From Acidobacteriota bacterium (GTDB lineage Bacteria > Acidobacteriota > UBA890 > WLXD01), in contig CAXWPH010000010.1 of NCBI GenBank assembly GCA_963666055.2, forward strand, positions 64,001 through 128,000: a stretch of DNA of 64,000 nucleotides, given 5' to 3'. Below are positions 10,799-19,554 of this stretch, one piece after another. Made by a program: the position numbers and the translations under genes. The notes under the pieces were generated by a model that was not told the origin of the DNA, ran no database searches, and saw only the letters and a list, made by a program, of their open reading frames with translations. How positions within the stretch are numbered: position 1 is the stretch's first letter; each line of letters starts with the position of its first letter.

Positions 10799-11716
10799 CT
10801 AGCGTCCCCGCACGCTGCGGCGCAACTCCGCCGGCTCCGGCAAGATCCCCGTCCAGACCTGCACGGTCTCGCCATCGCGCAAGTACACAAGCTGCGGCAC
10901 CGACCCCACCCCGGTGATACGAATGAAGGTCTGGGGAGGCAGAACCTGAACCGGCATCTGCAGGTCGTAGCGCTCGCGGTAGCTGTTGACGTCCGAGCCG
11001 GATGTCTCGTAGGTGAGGCCGACGACCGGCGGCAGCGCTCCGTCCTTGGTGTACTCAGACACGCGGGGGCTCATCGCTGCGCAGTGCGGGCATTCGTGAT
11101 GGAACAGATATAGGAGATGTTCGCCGCGCTCTAGGTCAACCTCGCGCATGTCCATGGTCCTGCCAAGCGCCGCCGCCGATGCGCCGCTCGGACCGCTCGT
11201 GTAATTCACGAAGCTCATACCGAGCGCCGCGACAGACGCGATTGCCAGCGCCGCTGCCCGCCAGTCGGTGCGCGAACGGGTCGCAGGTGTCCAAACGCAT
11301 ACCCCAAGGGCGATCGCCATGAACGCGAGGTCCATGAGGAAGGCGTCGCGTGGCTCACGCTCCATCATGGGGCCAAAGCAGCCACACTCTTGCAGCGTTC
11401 CGGCCGCCCAGCCGTAACCGACAGCGACGAGAAACACCGCCATGAGGGCAGCCGCCACCGTGGCCGCCAACCGCATCTGCCAGCGCAACAGCAACATCAC
11501 TCCCACGCCGACCTCTACAGCCGGAAGCACCAGGGCCACCGGTGTTCGCATCCAGCCGGGAACGCCGTAGCCGCCGAGCGAACCGAGAAAGCTCCACGGG
11601 TCGAGCACCTTGGCAATACCGGCGACCAGGAACACTAGGCCGAGGATCACTGGCCCGAATGACCGAATCAGGTTCGCCCATGCGGGTCCGGACGATGAGG
11701 CCTTGCTTGATGGCAT
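10799..11716 (-). CDS. MauE/DoxX membrane domain fused to thioredoxin-like CxxC domain
   Basis: GLVFLVAGIAKVLDP and ECGCFG (MauE); HHECPHC and GSVPQL (thioredoxin fold). Confidence 0.8.
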   Translation of the reverse strand: MPSSKASSSGPAWANLIRSFGPVILGLVFLVAGIAKVLDPWSFLGSLGGYGVPGWMRTPVALVLPAVEVGVGVMLLLRWQMRLAATVAAALMAVFLVAVGYGWAAGTLQECGCFGPMMEREPRDAFLMDLAFMAIALGVCVWTPATRSRTDWRAAALAIASVAALGMSFVNYTSGPSGASAAALGRTMDMREVDLERGEHLLYLFHHECPHCAAMSPRVSEYTKDGALPPVVGLTYETSGSDVNSYRERYDLQMPVQVLPPQTFIRITGVGSVPQLVYLRDGETVQVWTGILPEPAELRRSVRGR

Positions 11717-11731
11717 TGCAGTTACCCCTGG

Positions 11732-13588
11732 CTACCAGGCAATTCCGTAGTCCTCGCCATGATGGCTCGAGCCACCCCAGAACGTACCGTGCTCCCAGTC
11801 GATGAACACGGCGTTGATTGGCCCCGATGTGCGCTCACGGTCGACGAGCGCATAACCCATACGTCGCAGCTCGTCACGCACCCACGGCGGCGTGGCCGAC
11901 TGGATCAGCAGTCGCCCAGGGCTCGACTCGTGTTCGGCGAACGATCCCTGCATCTGGAAGCTATTGATATTGGGTGCCTCCACCGCCTGCTGCACATCCA
12001 TTCCCCATTCCACGAAGTTGAGGAAGAACTGCAGCAGGTTCTGATCCTGGCCGTCACCGCCCTGCACCGCGAACGACAGGTAGGGGCGACCATCCTTGAG
12101 CGCCATACCCGGGGTCAAGGTAGCGCGCGGACGCTTTCCCGGCTCCACCACGTTGTAGGGATTCTGTGCCGCATCTAACACGAAGCTCTGCATGCGCTGG
12201 CTCATGCCGATACCGGTGCGACCTGCGATCACCGCCGGGATCCAGCCGCCGCTGGGCGTAATCGAAACCACCCAGCCTTCGGCGTCGATCGCCTGGATGG
12301 AAGTCGTGCCAGCGTAGAAGTCGTCCTCGAACTCGGCCAGCGCGGCAGAGCCGGCATCCGGAGAGATCGTGGAGCCGCCCCAGTTCTCTAGCTGCTGCCG
12401 GAAGGGATTCTCGCCGCCCTGGAACGGATAGGGATCGCCGGGCTTTACGGACTCGTTGTTGCGCTCCCAGTCGATTTCGGCGACGCGCTGGGCAGCGTAG
12501 TCTTTAGACAACAACCCATCGATCGGCTCGGCAGGCGGAAAGTAAGGATCGCCGTAGTAGAAATCGCGATCCGCGAAGGCCATGTTCATGACCTGGTAGA
12601 GCGTGTGTATGTAGCGCGCGCTGTTGTACCCCATTCCCTTGAGGTCGAGGTTCTCGAGCATGTTGAGCGCCTGCAACATGACCGGTCCTTGCACCCAGGT
12701 GGTGAGCTTGTAGACTTCAATGCCCTTGTAGTTGACCGAAACGGGCTCCTCGAGATAGACCTCCCAGTTGGCGAGATCGTCGAGCGTGTGGAGCCCGCCC
12801 ATTTCCTGCGACCCGCGCACGAACTCCGCGGCGATATCGCCACGATAGAACCTGTCGTTCGCAGCCTGGATTGCCTCCTCTCGGGAGGCTCCACCGATCA
12901 GCGCCTCGGCTTCGGCGTCGACCATCTTGCGCAGCGTCGCCGCCAGGTCCTCCTGCCTGAAGATCTCGCCGGCGTACGGGGCGGCGCGATCGCCCTCACC
13001 CAGGTGCGGCAGGAACACCTTCTTGGAGTAGGGCCATTGCTGTAACCGTTCCTTCTCGCTCTCGATCGAGTTCGCCGTGTCCTCTTCGATCGGATAGCCG
13101 TCGGCCATCTCGATCGCCGGCGCCAGCACCTGCGCCAGGCTCATGGTGCCGAAGTTCTCCAGCATCACCAGCAAGCCGCCGGGCGTGCCGGGCGTGACCG
13201 CGGCGTGCACGCCGAACTCGGGCGGGTAGCTCATGTCCATGTTCTTGAAGAACTCGGGAGTGGCGCCGGTCGGCGCGACGCCGAGCGCGTTGACGCCGAT
13301 GACCTTCTTGTCGTTCGGGTCGTAGATCAGCGCCTGCGTCTCGCCGCCCCAACCGAGCACGTCCCACATTGTCGCCGTCGCGGCGAGCATGGCACATGCT
13401 GCATCGACGGCGTTGCCGCCCTGCTGGAAGATCATTGCGCCAGCCGTAGCTGCCAGCGGCTTCCCCGTAATCGCCACCCAATGGCGCCCGTGCAACACCG
13501 GTTTGGCAGTGCGTTGAGCGAGGCCGGGGCTGGCTATCGTCAGAGCTGCGACAAGAATTACGACGACGGCGAAACGGCGGTTGCGCAT
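11732..13588 (-). CDS. ggt: Gamma-glutamyltransferase family protein
   Basis: GGNAVDAA, TPGTPGG, FADRDFYYGDP, nucleophile GTTSIQAID, PGKRPRATLTP; signal peptide. Confidence 0.92.
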   Translation of the reverse strand: MRNRRFAVVVILVAALTIASPGLAQRTAKPVLHGRHWVAITGKPLAATAGAMIFQQGGNAVDAACAMLAATATMWDVLGWGGETQALIYDPNDKKVIGVNALGVAPTGATPEFFKNMDMSYPPEFGVHAAVTPGTPGGLLVMLENFGTMSLAQVLAPAIEMADGYPIEEDTANSIESEKERLQQWPYSKKVFLPHLGEGDRAAPYAGEIFRQEDLAATLRKMVDAEAEALIGGASREEAIQAANDRFYRGDIAAEFVRGSQEMGGLHTLDDLANWEVYLEEPVSVNYKGIEVYKLTTWVQGPVMLQALNMLENLDLKGMGYNSARYIHTLYQVMNMAFADRDFYYGDPYFPPAEPIDGLLSKDYAAQRVAEIDWERNNESVKPGDPYPFQGGENPFRQQLENWGGSTISPDAGSAALAEFEDDFYAGTTSIQAIDAEGWVVSITPSGGWIPAVIAGRTGIGMSQRMQSFVLDAAQNPYNVVEPGKRPRATLTPGMALKDGRPYLSFAVQGGDGQDQNLLQFFLNFVEWGMDVQQAVEAPNINSFQMQGSFAEHESSPGRLLIQSATPPWVRDELRRMGYALVDRERTSGPINAVFIDWEHGTFWGGSSHHGEDYGIAW

Positions 13589-13698
13589 GAGTAGTCCTTG
13601 TCCTGGGTCTGCTGTCGGGTGCGTCCCGAATCTCCTATGAGCTGCGACGAAACGAGCCTACAGCCCCGCATCCGACGGCGTCGAGGGGCTCGAGTCCC

Positions 13699-13726
13699 CT
13701 AACCGGGTGCTGAAGAACTCTGCTAA
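13699..13726. repeat. 20-bp IS-end-like micro-insertion between CTAA direct repeats
   Basis: CTAA-CCGGGTGCTGAAGAACTCTG-CTAA; shares 16 bp with 43026-43041. Confidence 0.55.
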
Positions 13727-14265
13727 GGGTCGATCTCCACGACCATCTCGATCTCGACCGAGATATTACGCGGCAATGACGCCATTCCGACGGCGGCTCG
13801 GGCGTGTCGGCCGCGGTCGCCGAAAACCTCCACCAAGAAGTCCGATGCACCGTTGATCACCTCGGGCTGCTGACCAAAACCCTCCACCGCATTGACCATC
13901 CCGAACACACGAACGATGCGGCGCACGCGACCGAGATCGCCGATCTCCTTCTTGAGGGAGGTCAGTAAGCTCACGGCCGTCAGACGGGCCGCTTCATACC
14001 CCTGCTCGATGGTCACATCGGAGCCTACCTTCCCCGTTGCGAACGTCCCGTCGGCCTGCGTCGGGCCGTGCCCGGCAAGGAAGACCAGGTTGCCGGTGGT
14101 CACCGCCCGTACGTAGTTGGCTACCGGCGGCGCCGGATCGCCGAGCTCGATGCCGAGCGACTTCAAACGAGCCTCGGGATCGTAGTCTTCCTGAGCCAAC
14201 GCGGGCATTGCAGCCAGTGCCGCAACTACCAACAGGAACGGAGCCGCGCCTGAGAGCTTGCTCAT
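13723..14265 (-). CDS. RidA/YjgF family protein with signal peptide
   Basis: PVANYV, LVFLAGHGP, VINGASD, GRHARAAVG, SLPRNISVEIE. Confidence 0.9.
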   Translation of the reverse strand: MSKLSGAAPFLLVVAALAAMPALAQEDYDPEARLKSLGIELGDPAPPVANYVRAVTTGNLVFLAGHGPTQADGTFATGKVGSDVTIEQGYEAARLTAVSLLTSLKKEIGDLGRVRRIVRVFGMVNAVEGFGQQPEVINGASDFLVEVFGDRGRHARAAVGMASLPRNISVEIEMVVEIDP

Positions 14266-14351
14266 CGTTTTGTCATGTCCTCGCAGTAGAGAGTGCCGTG
14301 TTCAAGATGGGATTAGGCCACCTGCGAAAGCTTTCGTCCAGCCTGCGCAGG

Positions 14352-14906
14352 CTAGGAACCCGTTGCGGCGCCACGATCTCGCCAAAGCAGCAGAGCGGCG
14401 AAGCCTGGCAGGAATGCCACGCACCAGTACACGAAACTACGCCAGTACACAGGCCCAGGGTCGTGGGCGCCTAGCCAGATATCGGAAATCACCCAGAACC
14501 CGAGCCCCGCAAGCAGTGCCGCGAGCACACCACGCGTGACGGTGCGCGAGCCGCTCTCGCCACTGCCGCCGGCGATATTGCCTACGACGGCAAGCGCAAC
14601 CCAGAGCGCCATCCAGGCGACCACCATGGCGGTAACGCCAATGACCGGGAATAGTAAGTAGAAGAGCGCCGCAGACAGCACCCCGACCAGGAGACCTGCG
14701 AGCGCTGCGAACCCGTTTCGGCCCCCGCCCGTGGCCCAGGCAATCACCAAGCCCATCACGGCGAGCAACAGCCCACCGTGAACGAGCCCGTAGAGAGCGC
14801 GGTGCTCGGAGATCGCGGCGGCCCAGAATGCATCGGCGAAAGTGCTCGCCGCCGCCATCACGACCGTGGCGATCAGGCTCTCGCGAAGTCCCCTAATTGC
14901 GCCCAT
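14352..14906 (-). CDS. Hypothetical membrane protein
   Basis: 184 aa with about 6 hydrophobic segments, co-oriented in the operon. Confidence 0.7.
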   Translation of the reverse strand: MGAIRGLRESLIATVVMAAASTFADAFWAAAISEHRALYGLVHGGLLLAVMGLVIAWATGGGRNGFAALAGLLVGVLSAALFYLLFPVIGVTAMVVAWMALWVALAVVGNIAGGSGESGSRTVTRGVLAALLAGLGFWVISDIWLGAHDPGPVYWRSFVYWCVAFLPGFAALLLWRDRGAATGS

Positions 14907-14918
14907 CTTGCCGACTCC

Positions 14919-16283
14919 TCAGTGGATCAGGTGTAACTCGGTTTGGCGCCGCAGCGACCAGCGCCGATCGCCCCACGGCGTGACCTCGGCTTCTTCCTCC
15001 ATCATCATCCGAACCCGCTGCCCGTCCCATTCCGGCACCGGCGTGGTGACCTGTAACTCGGTCGAGAACCACATGTTCGCCAGCACCGGCACGTCACCGC
15101 GACCCGGCACACCTTCCTGATAGTCCCACAGGCCGATCAATGGGCCGGCACCATGCCCGTGGTCGCCGATCGGGTGCGTGTACATGGTTCCGTCGAGTCC
15201 GTTGGCATGCATCCGCTCGAGCACGCTGTAGAGCACCTCGTTACCGGTCCGGCCGACTCGCATCTCCTCCAGAAGAATGTCCTGCAAACGCTTGCTGTTG
15301 TCCAGCGCCAGCCGCAGACCGGCCGGCGCCTCAGTCTCGCCCTCGCGTAGCACGTAGGCCATGTGCTGGGTATCGGTGTTTAGACCCATCACGGTGATGC
15401 CGAAGTCGGTGTGCAGCACGTCACCGGCCTCGATCACCGGGTCGTCACCGAGGTCGCCCGCCTCAACCCCACGGCGCTGGATGCTGACGGAAGGCTGGAA
15501 CCATGTCCCAAAGCCGAGATCGAGGACGCGCTGGCGCATCCACCAGGCGACGTCCTCCGTGCTCGTCGTCCCCGGCCTGATCACCGCGTTGGAGAACGCC
15601 GTTCCGATGATCTCGTGAACATACGCCTGCATGCGCCGATAGACCGGTGTCATGCCGGGGACGCGCAAGGCCAGATAGTCGATCGCCAGACGCGGGTTCG
15701 GGACGACGCGCGCCACCAGCTCCGGTCCGAGCGCTGCCTGCATCTGCTCCCACTCGCCCGCGGTCAGGCCGTCGGCGAAGTTGTGCTCGCGGGAAATGTT
15801 GACGGCGATCACACGGGGATCGCGCTCGCGAATCAGATCCGCAAGAAGCGTCCACTGCGACGAGCCCCAGAGCTCGGCCTGAACTCCTTCGCGACTGGTA
15901 GCGACGTTGGCACGGTAGGCTTCGTAGAGTCCTCCTTGTGAGCCTCCGCCGAGCGCCAGCGGCTCGACGCCTCGTTCGGGGCCGCGGTCGGTGAAGACAT
16001 AAATCGTACGGCGCCGGGCGGCGAAGCTCGTTGGTGCGACGAGGGCGCGAAACACCGGGTCTTCGTTGTACTCGCGCATCGGCACCACCCACATGTCGAC
16101 CCCATGGTCACGCATCACCTTCGGTAGGTTGACCGTGATCCGCTGCTTCAGCCAGGCCTGCTGGATCTTCGCCTGCTCGCGCAGCGTCCCGAACGGCGGC
16201 GTGGGGCGAACGCTCGGCTCCTGGAACAGGAGCGTCGGGAGCGAGGCGGCGAGGGCAAGCGTCAGGGCGGCAAGACGGGTCAT
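14919..16283 (-). CDS. M24 family (Xaa-Pro-like) metallopeptidase, secreted
   Basis: Metal-ligand motifs HTDFG, NTDTQH, THPIGDHGHGAGP, STELQ, MEEE. Confidence 0.85.
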   Translation of the reverse strand: MTRLAALTLALAASLPTLLFQEPSVRPTPPFGTLREQAKIQQAWLKQRITVNLPKVMRDHGVDMWVVPMREYNEDPVFRALVAPTSFAARRRTIYVFTDRGPERGVEPLALGGGSQGGLYEAYRANVATSREGVQAELWGSSQWTLLADLIRERDPRVIAVNISREHNFADGLTAGEWEQMQAALGPELVARVVPNPRLAIDYLALRVPGMTPVYRRMQAYVHEIIGTAFSNAVIRPGTTSTEDVAWWMRQRVLDLGFGTWFQPSVSIQRRGVEAGDLGDDPVIEAGDVLHTDFGITVMGLNTDTQHMAYVLREGETEAPAGLRLALDNSKRLQDILLEEMRVGRTGNEVLYSVLERMHANGLDGTMYTHPIGDHGHGAGPLIGLWDYQEGVPGRGDVPVLANMWFSTELQVTTPVPEWDGQRVRMMMEEEAEVTPWGDRRWSLRRQTELHLIH

Positions 16284-16526
16284 CCAATTCCTCGGGGTCG
16301 ACGTTGAGGGTCATCGGGGTCCTGGCGTTGGCCACCGTACACCCTATGGGCTGCTATCCAACCGCGCCTTGCCCGGGCCTGCAAACGGCAGACCAGCTGT
16401 ACGGTCTCTGAAGACAACGGGCAACACGAGCGAAACGGGGCCGGTGTGGCCTGTTCCGCTACCGACCCGGGCTCACTCCGCACGCCTGGTGTCTCGGCCG
16501 CGAGGTGAAAGTGTGGCGGCGCGACC

Positions 16527-16805
16527 CTAGCAGGCCGTGGTGAAAGTGTGGTGGGTCTGGTTACGGCGAGTTGGGGCCAGATGCAAGGCAGCCTGACACA
16601 GGTGATGCCCCGGCCATCGTCGAGGAAGGACAACGCTACAGATGGCCCCAAATCGCCGTAACCCTTCGGGCGACAGGGGGTTGCGCGCGTATGCGGCGTC
16701 GTTCCTCGTCAACGATGGGGTAACCATCGCCTCCTCCTCTCTCCTTGCCTCCACTTCGCAAGTCCCTGTCGCCAGACCCACCACACTTTCACCACGGCCT
16801 GCTAG
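16527..16805 (+). mobile_element. MITE copy A (271 bp, 30-bp perfect TIR, CTAG duplication)
   Basis: CTAG + CAGGCCGTGGTGAAAGTGTGGTGGGTCTGG (16531-16560) ... its inverse (16772-16801) + CTAG; near-identical to 43822-44092. Confidence 0.9.
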
Positions 16806-17755
16806 CGACCCAGCTCGGCCGGCGAGCTCAGCGGGCGAGCAAAAATGTCGAGATCGCTCAGGCGCTCGTGAAGATCCCGGAACTCGCCGTCGTGCAGTGG
16901 TCGCAGCGGCAGGCGCACGATTCCGCAATCGACACCGAGCATCGACACCAACGCCTTGCCGGCGCGCACGGCGCCGAACTCCTGCAGGACGCGCCCTAGC
17001 TGCAGAGACTTGGCATGTTCCGCACGAGCGCGATCGATGTCGCCGGCGGCAAACGCTTCCTCGATTCGCCGGTAGAGTGGCGCCGCGAACCCGATGGTGC
17101 CCCCGACGGCCCCCTGAGCTCCGAGGGCCAGGCCTGGCAGCCAGCTTTCCTCGCTTCCGATGAGCACGTCGAAGTCGCCGTCCAGTTGTTGACAGCGCGC
17201 GAACGTCTTCAGGTCGGACGAAGTGAGGTTGACACCCACAAGGTTGGGGATGCGTAGCCGCCCCCACTCGAGCACCTGCTCGGTCGGAAAGCTCACGCCG
17301 CTACGGTCGGGCACATCGTAAAAGAAAAACGGCGTGTTCGGCACGGCCGCGGCAATGGCCGCAAGGTACTCGATGAGCTCTTCCAGGGTGGCCGGCGGGT
17401 GGTACGTGGGGGCCATGGCTGCCAGCGCCGTCGCGCCAGCTTTGGCGGCGTGCTCGGCAAGCCGCACAGCATCGCGCAGCGAGCTATGACCTACGTGCGC
17501 GATCAACGGCAGTTCGCCCGACGTCACCCCGACCCAGGTTTCGAGAACGGCGCACCTCTCGGCCACGGACAATGAATGACCTTCGCCCTCGATACCACAA
17601 ATGAACACGCCGCTGACGCCGGCATCGCGAAACAGCTCGTACTGCCGGACAACCGTGCTGCCGTTGAAACGGCCGTCCGCATTGAAGGGTGTAGGGGCCG
17701 AAGCAAATAGGCCGCGAAAGGGCTCCGGGTGCACGCCAGCATCGGTGTCGCTCAA
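16802..17755 (-). CDS. N-acetylneuraminate lyase/DHDPS family protein with altered catalytic motifs
   Basis: TPFNADG, CGIEGEG, LIAHVGH, FFFYDVP, GVNLTSSD (Lys replaced by Asn), GAQGAVGGT. Confidence 0.8.
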   Translation of the reverse strand: MSDTDAGVHPEPFRGLFASAPTPFNADGRFNGSTVVRQYELFRDAGVSGVFICGIEGEGHSLSVAERCAVLETWVGVTSGELPLIAHVGHSSLRDAVRLAEHAAKAGATALAAMAPTYHPPATLEELIEYLAAIAAAVPNTPFFFYDVPDRSGVSFPTEQVLEWGRLRIPNLVGVNLTSSDLKTFARCQQLDGDFDVLIGSEESWLPGLALGAQGAVGGTIGFAAPLYRRIEEAFAAGDIDRARAEHAKSLQLGRVLQEFGAVRAGKALVSMLGVDCGIVRLPLRPLHDGEFRDLHERLSDLDIFARPLSSPAELGR

Positions 17756-17774
17756 GCTGCCGCCGGCACGCTGA

Positions 17775-18197
17775 TCAGCGCGGCGATCGCGCCACGACGG
17801 TGGCTTCGGTCTCGATCACGGCGCCCGGGTCGGCTGGCGCGTCGCGCCGCGCGCCGAACCAACGCGCCGATACGCGCCGCGATCGGGCTCGCATCTCGGG
17901 AGTGACCGACGCAGCTACGGCAGTGAGCGCCATTATCAGCACACCCAGATCGTCGCTGTAGCCGGCACCCGGAATCAGATCGGGAATGGCATCGATCGGC
18001 GCAATGAAATAGCCCAGCGCCCCGATCACCGTTGTCTTCGCCCACACCGGGGTACGCGGGTCGCGCAGGACTTGCGACAGCAACACCGCCTTCTCGACTA
18101 CTTCACGGCCTGCGGCGCGCGCGTAGCTACGAAGTTTGGCGATGAGCCCGTCCGCCGAATACACCTCTCGATAGGCGGAAGTGCGATCATCATCCAT
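17775..18197 (-). CDS. YkvA/DUF1232 family membrane protein
   Basis: TPVWAK...ALGYFIAPIDAIPDLIPGAGYSDD. Confidence 0.9.
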   Translation of the reverse strand: MDDDRTSAYREVYSADGLIAKLRSYARAAGREVVEKAVLLSQVLRDPRTPVWAKTTVIGALGYFIAPIDAIPDLIPGAGYSDDLGVLIMALTAVAASVTPEMRARSRRVSARWFGARRDAPADPGAVIETEATVVARSPR

Positions 18198-18263
18198 GCT
18201 GCTAGCCTAACATCCGGCCGACAGGCGAAAGCGGACCCTATTTGACGCCGCTGCCCGGCGACA

Positions 18264-19310
18264 TCACGGCCGCAACACGACCTTGGTGTAGCCGTCACGG
18301 CGCTCGTCGAATTGGCGATACGCGTCGGGGCCATCAGCAAGCGGCAACCGGTGCGAAATCACCCGCGTAATGTCGAGCTCGCGATCGCGCACGATCGGGG
18401 CGAGCCGCTCCATATAGGCACGCGCGGGGCAACGCCCGACTCGATAGGTCAGGTTCTTGTCGTAGGCCTCGACCGGGCTGAACGGGAAGTTGTCGTCGGT
18501 GTGTACCCCGACGACCGAGATGGTCCCGCCCGGACGCACGAGCTCGATTGCCAGGCGTGCCGCATCGTAGGTACCGGCCGCCTCCATCACCGCGTCCGCG
18601 CCGGGTGCATCGGCGCGGTCGCGAATCGCCATTACCGGGTTCTCAGCCTGAAAATCGATCGGCACCGCACCGACCTCCTGTGCCAAATCGAGTCTTTCAG
18701 GCACGCTGTCGATCGCGTAGATCATCTCCGCACCGAGCTCCCGTGCCGCGACGATCGCCAGAATTCCGACCGGGCCGCATCCGACGACTGCGTAGACACC
18801 ACCGGGCTTGATACTCGCCATCTCGGCGCAGAAGTACCCGGTGGAGAAAACGTCGCCGAGCAACAACGCCTGTTCGTCGGTCACCCCCTCTGGGATACGC
18901 AGCAGCGTTGAGTCCGCCAGCGGCACCCGCACGAGCTCTGCCTGTCCGCCCTGCAGTCCCTCGCCCATTCCGACCCAACCGAACAGCTGGCCTCGTTGGC
19001 AACGGCTCGTGAGACCAGAGCGGCAGTACGAGCACTCACCGCAGTTGGTCGTGAATGGGCTGAACACACGATCGCCGACCGCTAGACCGCGAATATCGGC
19101 GCCAGTTTCGACAACCTCTCCGACGAACTCGTGCCCCATGATGGTGCCGATGTCGAGACCCTCCTCGCGCTCGTTGTAGGGGTGCAAGTCGGACCCGCAC
19201 ACGCCGGCGATATCAACCTTCACGATGACATCGCCGGGAGTCTCGATCTCGGGGTCGGGGACGGTCTCGTGAACCGCCGTACGATAGCCACCAAACGTAA
19301 TCGCTTTCAT
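18264..19310 (-). CDS. Zinc-dependent alcohol dehydrogenase (MDR family)
   Basis: GVCGSDLH, GHEFVG, CGECSYCRSG...C, VGCGPVG. Confidence 0.93.
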   Translation of the reverse strand: MKAITFGGYRTAVHETVPDPEIETPGDVIVKVDIAGVCGSDLHPYNEREEGLDIGTIMGHEFVGEVVETGADIRGLAVGDRVFSPFTTNCGECSYCRSGLTSRCQRGQLFGWVGMGEGLQGGQAELVRVPLADSTLLRIPEGVTDEQALLLGDVFSTGYFCAEMASIKPGGVYAVVGCGPVGILAIVAARELGAEMIYAIDSVPERLDLAQEVGAVPIDFQAENPVMAIRDRADAPGADAVMEAAGTYDAARLAIELVRPGGTISVVGVHTDDNFPFSPVEAYDKNLTYRVGRCPARAYMERLAPIVRDRELDITRVISHRLPLADGPDAYRQFDERRDGYTKVVLRP

Positions 19311-19398
19311 TCGCGTTCAACTCGGCCGGGTTATCGAATCGTCGCTACAAATCATAGGGTACCGAGCAATCACTCAACTCACAGAATCGCCTTGTGTC

Positions 19399-19545
19399 AC
19401 CCTTCGGGCGATAGGGGGGGGGGTGTGCGCATGCTGTGTCGTTCGTCGTCGACGATGGGGGAACCATCGCCTCCTCCTTTCTCCCCGCCTCCACCTCCCA
19501 AGAGCCTGTCGCCAGGCCCGCTTCACTTCCACCCCGGCCTGCTAG
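19399..19545 (+). mobile_element. MITE copy B, degenerate right half
   Basis: ACCCTTCGGGCGATAGGGG...CGATGGGGGAACCATCGCCTCCTCC...CCACCCCGGCCTG-CTAG aligns to the 3' half of copy A. Confidence 0.8.
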
Positions 19546-19554
19546 CTGTGCGGC

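Noticed and set aside
16642-16805. Recurrent MAPNRRNPSGDRGLRAY ORFs (also at 26527 and 43933)
   Set aside because: Translations of the MITE interior with variable ends and no transposase motif.
19414-19423. G10 tract as a phase-variation switch
   Set aside because: It lies inside the degenerate MITE copy B, not in a CDS or an evident promoter spacer.
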